Below, piece after piece: positions 1 through 10,910 of a DNA stretch of 64,000 nucleotides. Source of the DNA: Selaginella moellendorffii (taxonomy: Eukaryota; Plantae; Lycopodiophyta); contig NW_003314333.1 in NCBI RefSeq assembly GCF_000143415.4, positions 880,944 through 944,943 of the forward strand, in the 5' to 3' direction. Numbering within the stretch: position 1 is the first letter of the stretch; every line of letters begins with the position of its first letter. Under the pieces are notes generated by a model, which ran no database searches, was not told where the DNA came from, and saw only the letters and a list, made by a program, of their open reading frames with translations. Made by a program: the position numbers and the translations under genes.

Positions 1-1064
1 TTTACATTTAAAGATGGACCATTTATAGGAAAATCAAGAGAATTTTCTGCTTATGTTCAAAATAGTAATAATGATTATGAGGAAGCTCAAATAATAGAAT
101 ATTATATATTTGGATATGCAATTTTTGAAACTCATAAACAAAAGAAAAAAGAATGGGCTTTACCTAACAGGGCATATAATCAAAACTTTAGTTGATATTT
201 TCTAATTATATCAACTTGATATGCTAAAAATTAATAAATATATTTTTATAAAAATATTTTTATTTTAATTACTTTAAAACTTGTAAAATTTAAGTATTTA
301 GGAAATAAAAAATATAGCTAAGAATTTTTAAATTTAGATTATAGTACTGTATAGTACTGTATATCATTACTTATATTAAAGTCTTATTATTTAGAAAGAA
401 ATTTTCAAATCTTCTCTATTTAGTTTATTTACTAATCCTTAAAAAAATAATGCAAAATTTATATCAATTGTTAAACTGAAATATTAATTGCCTAATAATA
501 ACATAAATGAGTTGGCACCAAAGTAAAATAAAATTGATTCAACATTATATTATAATAATAATTATTATTATTTTCAATTATAAAATACTCCCTTTCTTTT
601 CGTTTGAAGCTTGGGGTGCTTCCATAAGTTAAGATAGCTTAAGCTCAGCAGTGAAGTCTAATACAAGGGAAAATTTTAATTGCACTACAACCAATTTATA
701 CCAAATATGAGATCAAAAATTTAATTTGGCAACCACCTACAATAATTGAAACTTCAGTTTGAGATTACCCACACACATAATTAGGTTTATCTTATCCTGT
801 GCACACACAATTTGTATAGCCATTGCCATAAAGAATGAAGATTAACTTTAGTGAACAATGCAAATATAAACAAAAAGGTGTTGCAATATGCTGAGTAATA
901 GATGATAAATTTGAATCCATATTAACCAACATAAAAAGGATAACAAGGGACATTTATTATAAAAAAATGAGTTTGGAAAGTGAACACTGAATAAACTAAT
1001 GTTGAGTGAACTTCTTAATGGTACTCCTAAGAGAAGAGTGGAAAGTTATTAATTTATTTGTGCA

Positions 1065-1164
1065 NNNNNNNNNNNNNNNNNNNNNNNNNNNNNNNNNNNN
1101 NNNNNNNNNNNNNNNNNNNNNNNNNNNNNNNNNNNNNNNNNNNNNNNNNNNNNNNNNNNNNNNN
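1065..1164. other. Assembly gap (100 N)
   Basis: Run of 100 N. Confidence 0.99.
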
Positions 1165-1489
1165 TCTCATTTTTGTTTTATTTCATCCCCTCAACTTCTA
1201 TCTTTGTTTCTATCACTTTTATCTTTCTACTACTTCCCTATTGTATTTCTTTCTTACTTATATAAATCCCTCAAACAATCTTTGTGTTGTGATAATTGAC
1301 TGACTCAAGGAGTATGCTAATATCTTTAACTTTGATATGTTATGTGAGGTTAAGATTGCAACAAATTATCTTATTTTAATTGAGGATATATGTCTAATCA
1401 AGATTCTTGCTTAATGTTAGTCACTAAAGGAGATCAAGATCAAAAAAAAGATGTTGGAGAAAGGTATTATCTAAAAATCTCAAAATCAG

Positions 1490-2357
1490 TAATTAAAGAG
1501 AACAACTTGAGAAATGATCTACAAGGGTTTAAATATAAAGAGAAAGGGCTTATGAATAAGAGTGCATACACTTTTCTAATCACACTTTTTTAATTAGTTA
1601 TTTTGGGTTAAGCATTCTTAAATATTGAGTTGAGTGGCTTCTTAGAAAATCCAAATTCAAGAGTTTACATTTGGTATCAGAACAATCTCAAGTCTAATTA
1701 GTTGGCTAGGGGAATCACACCATATGTTAAAATTGATATTTAGTAGGTTTAGTTTGCCTTTGGCTAAGCTCAACTTGAGGGGTAGGGTGTTAAGTCCGAT
1801 TTTGTTAACTAACTATAAAATCACATTACACGTTGAGATTGACATTTGACAAATTCAATTTGCCTCTAGCTGGACCCAACTTAAAGGGTAGGATGTTAAG
1901 AGAGCAGAACTTTTAAAAAGGCTGCAAAACTTTTAAAAGGGCTGTGGCTTTTAGTTTCTATTCACAAAGGCATGAATTTGTAAAGAAGTGTAGTGAATTG
2001 TAAGCAACTAAAAAGAACAACTCAAGAAATGATGCATAAAAATTTAAATATAAAAGAAAAAAGCCCATGAATAAGAGTGCACCCTCTTTTTAGTTGGTTA
2101 AGAGTCCTAAGATACTTAAGGTTAAATGTCTTTGAGTTTAAATAATATTGGGTTACTGAGTTGGGTGAAGTGTCTTTAGGTTATTTAAAGAATTTTTTTG
2201 ATTCTTAGATTGCAAATCTTTGAATTTTCGCTTTGTTCCCACTAAGTTGCAAAAACTATTGGAAGCAATCCAAAAAAATATTATGTTCAAACAAAGTTAT
2301 TATTCCTAGAACAATCTATGGGTGACCTCTTGGAAAATCTAAATTTAAGAACTTACA
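1490..2357 (+). mobile_element. Degenerate TRIM-like non-autonomous LTR retroelement
   Basis: Two diverged direct repeats (1495-1575 ~ 2010-2090; both end ...AAATYYAAGARYTTACA at 1669 and 2357). TGGTATCAGA (tRNA-iMet PBS) at 1672, purine tract AAAGGGTAGGA before TGTTAAG at 1894, ~220 bp non-coding interior. The 5' boundary of the first LTR is unclear. Confidence 0.6.
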
Positions 2358-4203
2358 CTAGATATGTTAACCTCATATTATGATGAAGACTAATGAGAGT
2401 ATTTGTCTATATAACCTATAGAATATGCTAGTTTGCATAGTCTATATTCCAATATGTGAACCCAAGATCTTTGACATATACTCCTTAGGGTGCCTTCTTA
2501 TACTTCAATTAGGGATCGTCAAAGTCATATACATAGATGCAAGTCTCGATATGGCAAATTGCAAGTTGTGTATACATGAAGACCAAAGCCAAAACTCTTA
2601 AGCATATGCAAAAGAAAGCAAGTAAATGCCCAATCAATCATGCTTTGCCCTTCACTTGGTCACTACTGTGAGCAGGTTCTTGAGAACTAGAGTGAAACTA
2701 CCAACTTGGAAGAGTTAAGGATGAGTAATATTTTTTAGTAGAAGGTGGCACCATGCAATAAGAATCCGGTACACTGGTTTTGCAATCATTTTGTTCTCCA
2801 TTATTGATATAGCTTGATTAGATCTCATTTTAGATTGTATTTGGCACAGTTTTAAAGAGTAAGAGTGTTCTTGAGCACATGTTTAACGATCATGCATGGT
2901 CTACTCCAATCAACTTCCCTAGATTTTCCTTTTAATCCCCTGGAAAGTTTTAATCAATCTTTTCACCAAATCCTATATGTGTCAGCAACTCTATCCTTAT
3001 TCCTCCTCTTTGGCCCAACATGCTAATAGATATGACTCTTGAGGTCTATGCATAACATGAAAGCTAGAAAACAAGAAGATGTTGAAAAAAATCAAGAAAT
3101 ACAACTCTTTTCAAGAGTATCTTCATGAGACACAATGTGCAATTGCCTCTCAAAAACATAGCAATGCAAATCACTTCTGAGAGTAATGTTCTTGTTTTTG
3201 TGCTCACCCTTAAGGTTCATGGTGGATGTCAATCCTCCACTTGATTTCACTCTCCTTCCACCACTCAGATCTCTTCATCTCGTGATGGCTGGCGTGGATT
3301 TCGGAAGTGGGAGGCTCTTTTGTTATCAGAGAACACCAGCAGAGGCTTGTGGCAAATCGCTACAGAACTGGGTGATTGCTTCTTCACAGGTGGCAATTTA
3401 CTCAGTAGTTTAAGGTTTAGGATGCTGCTTATCTTTGGGAAATTGGTGAAAACCTAAAATATTTCCTTATTTTACAAGCTTAAAGGAGGAAATGGTGTGT
3501 CAAGGGAGTTTAGATTAAACATCCACCGTACGAGACCATTTTATGGTCGGAAATGGTTTGAAACCTCTAGGGAGAACGAATGGGGGGCGGCTGCACAAAG
3601 AAGGTGACGCTCGTGGAGTTGCCATTCTGGTCGGGATTGATCGAGAAGGTTGACGCTTTTACAAAGAACGTAAAAAATTCATGGCTAAAAAAAACTTAAG
3701 GATTGCTGCGAGAACATTGTCAAGTACAAGGAGCTGTATTCAATCCGTGCAGGAAAGAAACATTCCAAATTCGGAATGCTCCATTGATCTAAAAAGAGTA
3801 ACATAATCAATTTGTGAAGTGAATCCAATTCGAAGCGAAACTAAACTTTGAGTGAGTAATTTTCCAAGGAAGAACAGAAAGAAGGCAAGGGAACTGTGTC
3901 ATAAAACGAGAAAGAGCTGGACAACTCTCACGCCTTCCAGCCTACATTATACGCAGAAAAGTGGAGAGAGGCATCAGAGTGCAAGTGAGCAGTCATTTAG
4001 AATGTAAGGGACGGCTTGCCGCATCTAATCTGATCCTAGTTTCAGTTGATCTATCAGGAAAAAGGCCGGCAGAACTTTGAGCACGTATCGCTCACGACCT
4101 TTCTGTAGTTCTGAGATTGATGATTTGATTTACTCCGCCGGGATGATCCTGAGCTTTGTTCATGTGTGATTCACTTCCATTGCTGAAAATGATGGTATGC
4201 AAA

Positions 4204-4264
4204 GGGATGGTGGCGCAGTTGGTCAGCGCGTAGCTGCTGAGGAATCCCGAGGTAGCTTTCGAAA
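4204..4264 (+). pseudogene. tRNA-Met (elongator, intron-containing type) pseudogene lacking the anticodon
   Basis: GGGATGGTGGCGCAGTTGGTCAGCGCGTAG matches the plant tRNA-eMet 5' half/A-box. It is followed directly by intron-like CTGCTGAGG and AATCCCGAGGT; the anticodon segment is missing and the T-arm/acceptor is degenerate. Confidence 0.7.
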
Positions 4265-4298
4265 TATAAATCGATTTTAGGGTTTTCCATGCTTGGCT

Positions 4299-4451
4299 AT
4301 GGCGTCCACACCCTTCGACGAGGTCAGTGCCGCTGCTGTGTCCACTGCTCGGTTGATCTAGCTGCTCAATCCTAGGATGAATTTGATTTCGGTGGAGACG
4401 TAGTCGGCGATGTCGGCATCAGAGCAGGTTTGATCGTCGCATTTCTAGGCA

Positions 4452-4509
<58 letters not shown>

Positions 4510-6051
4510 CTGAGGCTTGTTTCGAACAGGAAAGAGGGGTTTTGGCGAGCTCGAGGACGATGACGATCTTTTTCCCTCAAAGAAGGTACTGCGTTTTCTT
4601 TCTCTCTCCTCTGGTTTAGAAACTTGCAAATGTGAAGGAAAAGCTCACGAAAGGAATCGTGTATCTTGCGTGTAGATTTATGGATCGGCAGTGGCCGCGG
4701 GAAGTGATCACGCGACTACTACCATACTCAATCTTCGCGCCAGGTAATCTTTCTATCAAGTATAGCTTGCAAACTTGCGCTTCTTTCTCATGTAGTTTAG
4801 AAGAGCGTGATGGGACCATTGCATCACTAAAGGTATATTGCAAAACACCACAAGCTCTTTGATACAGTTCATTGCTTAGCTTCCTTTGGTTTTTGGCAGG
4901 CTGACCTTGCCACTGCCAATGGAGAGCTAGACAAATGGAGGAATTTGTTTCAAAGTGGAGAGTCAATTCTACCAGAAAACTCAACTTCAGGTCTATCAAC
5001 TTACCTTGTGTTTGCTTACTGTTCTGATGTGTATGTTGTTGTTAGATCCTCGGCTGATCTTGGATCATATAAAATCTCTCCAAGCATCCCAAGCTCGCGT
5101 GAAAGACCAGGTTCGCAAGTTTGGCGTTGCGAGTTGTGCATTTTCCTTGTTCTTTTTGTTTCTGATCGAGTCTTCTTTGTCGTTTCACAGCTCGCAGCAT
5201 CCAGGCGCAAGGAAACTGCCATGCTGATCCATTTGTCAAACAAGGAACAAGAAATTGCAGAGATGAAGGCAAGTCTTTCTTCAATGTTTCTATTTTTTTC
5301 TGTTTTTTTTTTGTTATAAACGCAATGGCACTTTAGACTCTCGTTCACGATTTGAAGCTTTCGTTGAGGCCTCCAACGCTTCAGGTACTCGTGTATTTTC
5401 CAGGCTAGCTAGCGATCTTACAACTTTGTTTGGTCGCAGTCTCGTCGTCTTTTGCTGGATCCTGCTATACATGTAGAATTTACACGTATGAAGGTTAGTC
5501 TTTTCCAGACAATGGTAACACTGTCTGAGGTTGTGACTTCCAAAGTCTAGAAGGAGCTGGAAATTGCGGAAAAGAAGGCCAAAGACCTGACTGACGATCT
5601 CGCTGCTGTCCAGTTCACTCCGCACAGTAAAAACGGCAAAATGCTCATGGCAAAGTGTCGTACGCTGCAAGAGGAAAACGAAGAAATAGGGAGGGAGGCT
5701 TCGGAGGGCAAGGTTCGTGTCTTTCCGGTATCTTGGACTTGTTTCAAACAGAACGTTACAGATACATGATCTGGAAACAAGGCTGGCTGTTCAAAAGTCG
5801 TTGAGCTCTGAATTGAAACGCGGTTATCAAGGTTTGTAATCTCACAACGAATCTCCTGAGCGTTCTAAAAGTTTAAAATGCTGCGCCAGAGCTGTTTCGG
5901 TACGTTCGTGATCTCAATGAAGAGGCTGAGAGGCTGCAGCAAATGGTACAAGCTGGGAGGTTTGTTTTCAAAGCTTTTGACATGTTTGTATTGGACACAG
6001 GTGCGTATACTCCAGAATCAAGTGGAGCAAAAGGACTGGCAAACGGCTTAG
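4299..6051 (+). CDS. FIP37: FKBP12-interacting protein 37 / WTAP homologue (m6A writer complex subunit), multi-exon
   Basis: Spliced exons give MASTPFDE...KRGFGELEDDDD...LLDPAIHVEFTRMK...AVQFTPHSKNGKMLMAKCRTLQEENEEIGREASEGK, the hallmark WTAP/FIP37 motif. 3' end is approximate. Confidence 0.92.
4455..4505 (+). repeat. (CT)n microsatellite in a FIP37 intron
   Basis: About 25 CT units. Confidence 0.97.
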
Positions 6052-8156
6052 GAGACGCTTCGTTCCGAGCGAGCTTGCCACCTCGGTTTGATATTCGAAA
6101 CGATACAACTCCCACAAATGATGCAGTTTGAAACTTCCACTTTCCCTCACTACGTCCTTTTGTAGGTTGTAAGAATTCCATAGTCCAACTTCATTGTCGA
6201 GCATGTAGTTCCCAATTTGCTCCACAGAATTCTTGACGGAGTAGAGATTCACCAGATGTGCACTTTCTTTACTTGTCTGCCTCCGGGTCGGTGTTCCCTG
6301 GTTTGAATCAGGTTCTAGATGAACATTGATTTTCGCATCTATACAACAAAATCTCGAAATATGCTGTGCCATGAACGCATTGTAATCAATTCTTCGGGGA
6401 GGAAATATCCTTCCATATTTGGCATAGTAGGTGTATCTACTTCCAGATAGTAGCAGCTGCTACCTGTGAAAATCGATCAAACGAGCCAGGAGATTGAAGC
6501 ACCTCTAGAAGGCGCCACTTCAAAGACAAAGAAAACTCTTGCTTTCTTCGACATTGCAAATCACCTAAGAGAATGAGACGATTGTCTCCCTCTTTTCTAG
6601 ATCCTTCAACCAATACAGCTCCATTCTTTCTTAGGGATGTATAAAGGTGAAAAACCTTAATACTTAAAAGATGGAATGATTTTGATTAATTTTGAGTATA
6701 TGCAGAAGGTGTTATAAATTTTTCATTTTGGGTTACCACACAAAATGGTTATAATTTGCTGTGCATTGCATGTAGTAATTCCTTGATTTGCTTAATAGTT
6801 GTGTATTCATAATTTATTGATTCAATTGACAAATGGAAGTTTATAATAATAAAAGTGTTTATAATTTATAAATACAAGAATAATTTAAATAAATAATAAC
6901 TGTTAGATATCACAAAATGTTAGAATATTTAAAAATATTCTAGGTTTATTCAATAATACATGTTTTTTTTGATAAAAACAAATGTAAGTGTTTTGCTTTT
7001 TTATATTATGATTTAGGTAAAACTTTTAGAATATTTAATTTTATATATTATAGTAGATATATATGGGAAAAAATATTTTATTTTTGGATATACTTGAAGT
7101 GTTTTTTTTAATCTAAAGATTTTATTCTAAGTGGCTACTCTCAAAAATTAATTTAAAGTTTCATTAACTTTATGGCTCACATTTAGACTGTATTTAATAG
7201 TAACAATAACAAACATTAAACATTGGATCAATTGTGATGTACAATTTAAATAAAAATTTAATATACTAAATGAATAAAGATTTTTAATAATTTCATACTT
7301 ATTATTTTTAATATGTGGTATATAATTTGGTTTGAAATGTAATGGAAAAGTTTAATTACAAAAAATGGTGAATTTTTTAAATATTTTAAATAGATTATTT
7401 CTATTGTTTTTGAATTAACTTAAACAAAAAATCATCATTTAGTAATTCCTTGATCAATTTAATTTATTAATTTGTCCATAATAAACATTTATCACTATGC
7501 AATAATCTTCTATATACTAAGAAATATTATATAACAGACTCTATTTTGTGTATATGTATCTTTGCAATTTAGTAACTTAAAAAAAACTTTAAAATTTATC
7601 TAAGTTGGAAAGATTTTTATTTTTATATTTGGCTTAAATTTCACATATTCTAAGATTTACAAGTAATGTTATATAGCCCATTTTATATCCAAAATCATAA
7701 ATGCCTTAATAATTAAGATTCCTCCTAAAATATAGTCATGACAATAATTTTCTGACTATAATGTTATTAAATCATATTTAACTAAATTATTCTATTTAAA
7801 ATTAAAAAGAACTTAAAATATGTAATTTAGGTGTGTTAGATATGATGAATTATATTGTGTATTTCAAAAGTTACTAATTATAAAATTAATTATCTACATT
7901 TTAGAATTCTTAATATTTATTAACGTTATTACTTTTTTAAATTTTTTTAAATTACACATATTTTCTCATTAAAATTTTTAATGTTTTAAAAAATTAACAT
8001 TTATATAATTATGCTCATACAAACTTATTGTCAAGATTATGGATTTCATGATTTCATACATAATCTTGTCAAATAATTTTATTATTACTAAATATTAATG
8101 TTAAAATTTTAATTAAAAAATGTTTATCTTTCTTTATATAAACTCAATTCTCAAAC

Positions 8157-8331
8157 TGTGAGGGCCAAGTGTACGGCTACAATGCCATATACTAATATTA
8201 CCATAGTGGGATTTTGGTAGCCGTCAGATTGGTTTTAATTCAAACCACTCGCTCCTGTATATAAGCTAGGGTTTTTGGGCTAATTGATATGCACATTTCT
8301 ATATTCCCTTTCTATATTCCATGCACTGACA
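8157..8331 (+). repeat. 5' LTR of gypsy element
   Basis: TGTGAGGG...CTGACA, direct repeat of 14113-14287, internal TATATAA. Confidence 0.96.
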
Positions 8332-8554
8332 TTGGTGGAGGTGAGGAGCACCTTTGATTGTCCCTGGGGAGTGCTTAAATTTGGGATTTCAGTTTAGATC
8401 TAGCTTTTGCATTGTCTAGATCTAGCTTTTTCCATTTGTTCTTTCCTTTCAGGATTTTGGTTTAGATCTAGCTTTTTGCATTGTCTAGATCTAGTATTTC
8501 CTTCTAGCTTTTTGTCGTTTCTCTTCTTTTGCTCTTTCTTTTTCATTTGTCTCC

Positions 8555-9487
8555 ATGGCAGATCAGCAATTTCCTCCTTTAACTCTAGAGCAGCAGTTAG
8601 TACAATTGCTTGATGCTATGCGCTTGCAATTGAATAACCAAACTCGGTTGATGGCGGCATTCACGGCACATGGTACAACTCCTCCTGCTCTTGGTGCCAA
8701 TCCTCGCGTTCGGCCGGAGTTCTTTCGCGGGAATCCTGGGGATGATGTGTACCATTGGTTCGATCACTTTACGGTGATTGTCACATATCATTCTTGGGAT
8801 GATGCTCGACGTTTGCGTGAGTTTCCCATGTGTCTCCAAGGGACGGCATTGCAGTGGTACAATGGTTTGGGAGCAACCACTCGCGGGGATTGGAGTGTTC
8901 TTCCAGATGTCTTCAAACGCGCCTTTGGACATGCCGATGACTGTGATGATGCGTTCCAACAATTGCATCGTCTTCGCCAAGGGCCATCTGAGTCAGTGAT
9001 GCAATTTGGTGTTCGTTTCCGAAGTCTTTTGCTTCGTGCGGAGCCACATATGTCGGAGCGGATCAAGCTAGGAATGTTGTGGCCAGCACTTCGTCAAGAT
9101 CTTGTCAGACTTGTGCATGCACTTGCTCCCACCACCCTTGACGATGCTCTTCACTTGGCACAACGTTATGAGACGTCGCCTCTTCCACTTCTCGCTGCAC
9201 ATCCTTCAGCTCCACTTCCTCTTGGTGATAGTCCTATTCCAATGGAGGTTGATGCTGCTGCTGCTCAAGTCCAAGGTCAAGGGCGAGGATGTGGTCGTGG
9301 CCGTGATGTTTGCTGCTGGGCATGTGATGAAGTTGGTCATACTTATCGGCATTGTTAGCGTTTTTCGGATTGGCGACCTCCATTTCCTGGGTGGAGACCT
9401 TGGCGTCAGCAATGTCCTGTTGGTGCTGCTGCAACGGAAGGTTTGGACACCGAGATGCATCCGGGAAACGAGGAGTCGCGCGAGTAA
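8555..9487 (+). pseudogene. gag: gag (capsid, PMEVD motif, CCHC zinc knuckle) with premature TAG at 9356-9358
   Basis: PEFFRG...W..HF, LRQGPSESV..F..RF, PMEVD, CWACDEVGHTYRHC. The same frame continues past the TAG to TAA at 9485-9487. Confidence 0.9.
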
Positions 9488-9768
9488 TGGAGGGACCTTG
9501 CGCGAATAAGTCAGTGACCCCTCCATCTTTCTTTCGGGAGTATCATCAAGGGGTTCACTCGGCACCAGTTCATCCAGTGTTTACTTTCCAAGCTCGTCTT
9601 TATAACAAGAGGTCTCCTATTATTCTCTCTGTGTTGGTTGATACAGGTTCGAGTTTATCTTCTATTGCTCGACCTGTTGCCACACGTTGTCATCTACACT
9701 TGCGTCGTGCGGCAGAACCAATTTTCATTCTTTATGGCAACGGCCGTACACATGCATGTGCACGGGAT

Positions 9769-10910
9769 TGTAAGCCACAAATTTTTCCTTTCCAATTTGC
9801 CAATTTACCTCGTCTATCCGACCAACTCTGCCTTGGCTTGTGCTAAGTTCCCTCGCCAAGGTTCTCGCCTATGGTACCAGCTCCTACTTGGTCCTACTTG
9901 GTTTTAGCTACTCACTGCACAAGCAATGGAGTGTTAGCCATCCATCTACGGATTCCCAAATCTCTCCCAATCCCCCTCCCCGGGTTAGACTGGACTTAAG
10001 GTTCGGCTACACTCCTCGCAGGCATAAGCAACCAAGCACACCAAGCCTCCAGATTCCTAAAACCCCTTCGTACCACAAGGCTTGATCATGGGACCCTCTA
10101 AATCCCAAGCCTTAGGTGCAGCACTTGCTTCGGGACGTCGGGGCGAAACACCGTGGCCTAATGGCCCGGTATGGGTACCTCTACCCCCCCACTTCCATCC
10201 CGAAGGGAAGGCCCAAGCCCCTAGGAAGGGCAAGGACCAATGAGCCACAAGGTACTTAAGTGGGGCACCACTCCACATGAGCCGGGAGCACCGCAGTCGG
10301 TTTCCCTTTCGAGAGTGGGAGCTGCTCTTGAGCACTTCCCTGGGTGGCCCCTCTGGCACCACTCAAGCCCATGCTCACTCCCACCCAATGCCCCTCGGCC
10401 CCAGTCTCAACCTCAAGTCGGTTTGGAAGCACCACTGGAGAGTTCCTTCAAGACTGGTTCCTGGACCTCACTATCCCTACTATACTTTTGGAACCCCCTG
10501 CAGCCCCCCCCCGGGAGACACACGCTTTGGGCTTTCACCCCTTGAGCTGCATTAGTATGTGGACTTAGTCTCAGAATCGATCTCGGACTCGATCTCGGAC
10601 CCGACTTCGGACTCAGTCTCGGACTCGATCTCGGACTCGATCTCGGACCCGATCTTGGACTCAACTTCGGACTCGACCTTGGACTCGGTCTCGGACCCGA
10701 TTTGGATCTCGAACTCCGTCTTGAACTCGGTCTCGATCTCGGTCTCCTATTCGGCCTCGGCTTGATCCCGGACTCTATCTCGAACTCGGTCTCAGAGTCG
10801 GTCTTGGATTCGATCTTCGACTCGGTCCCATCTGATGAACTCTTTGTCATTTCGGTCAAGCTTTCGGGGATCCTTTAGCCTACGACATCTCGGGGAGTCG
10901 GTTCCTTACA
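9769..10910. mobile_element. Solo LTR (1142 bp) of a different family nested in the protease domain
   Basis: TGTAAG...CTTACA termini flanked by GGGAT (9764-9768, 10911-10915). Removal restores GNGRTHACARDEVDLVVRV. Confidence 0.93.
10565..10830. repeat. ~12-bp tandem repeat (ATCTCGGACTCG variants) inside the solo LTR
   Basis: Visible periodic TCTCGGACTCGA units. Confidence 0.9.

Noticed and set aside
2400-4150. Possible decayed coding or retroelement fragments
   Set aside because: No diagnostic motifs in the frames read; cannot be supported.
4372-4629. ORF with an (ER)n tract
   Set aside because: Translation of the intronic (CT)n microsatellite, antisense to FIP37.
10413-10859. 148-aa Ser/Arg/Pro-rich ORF resembling an SR protein
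   Set aside because: It is the antisense translation of the 12-bp tandem array in the solo LTR.
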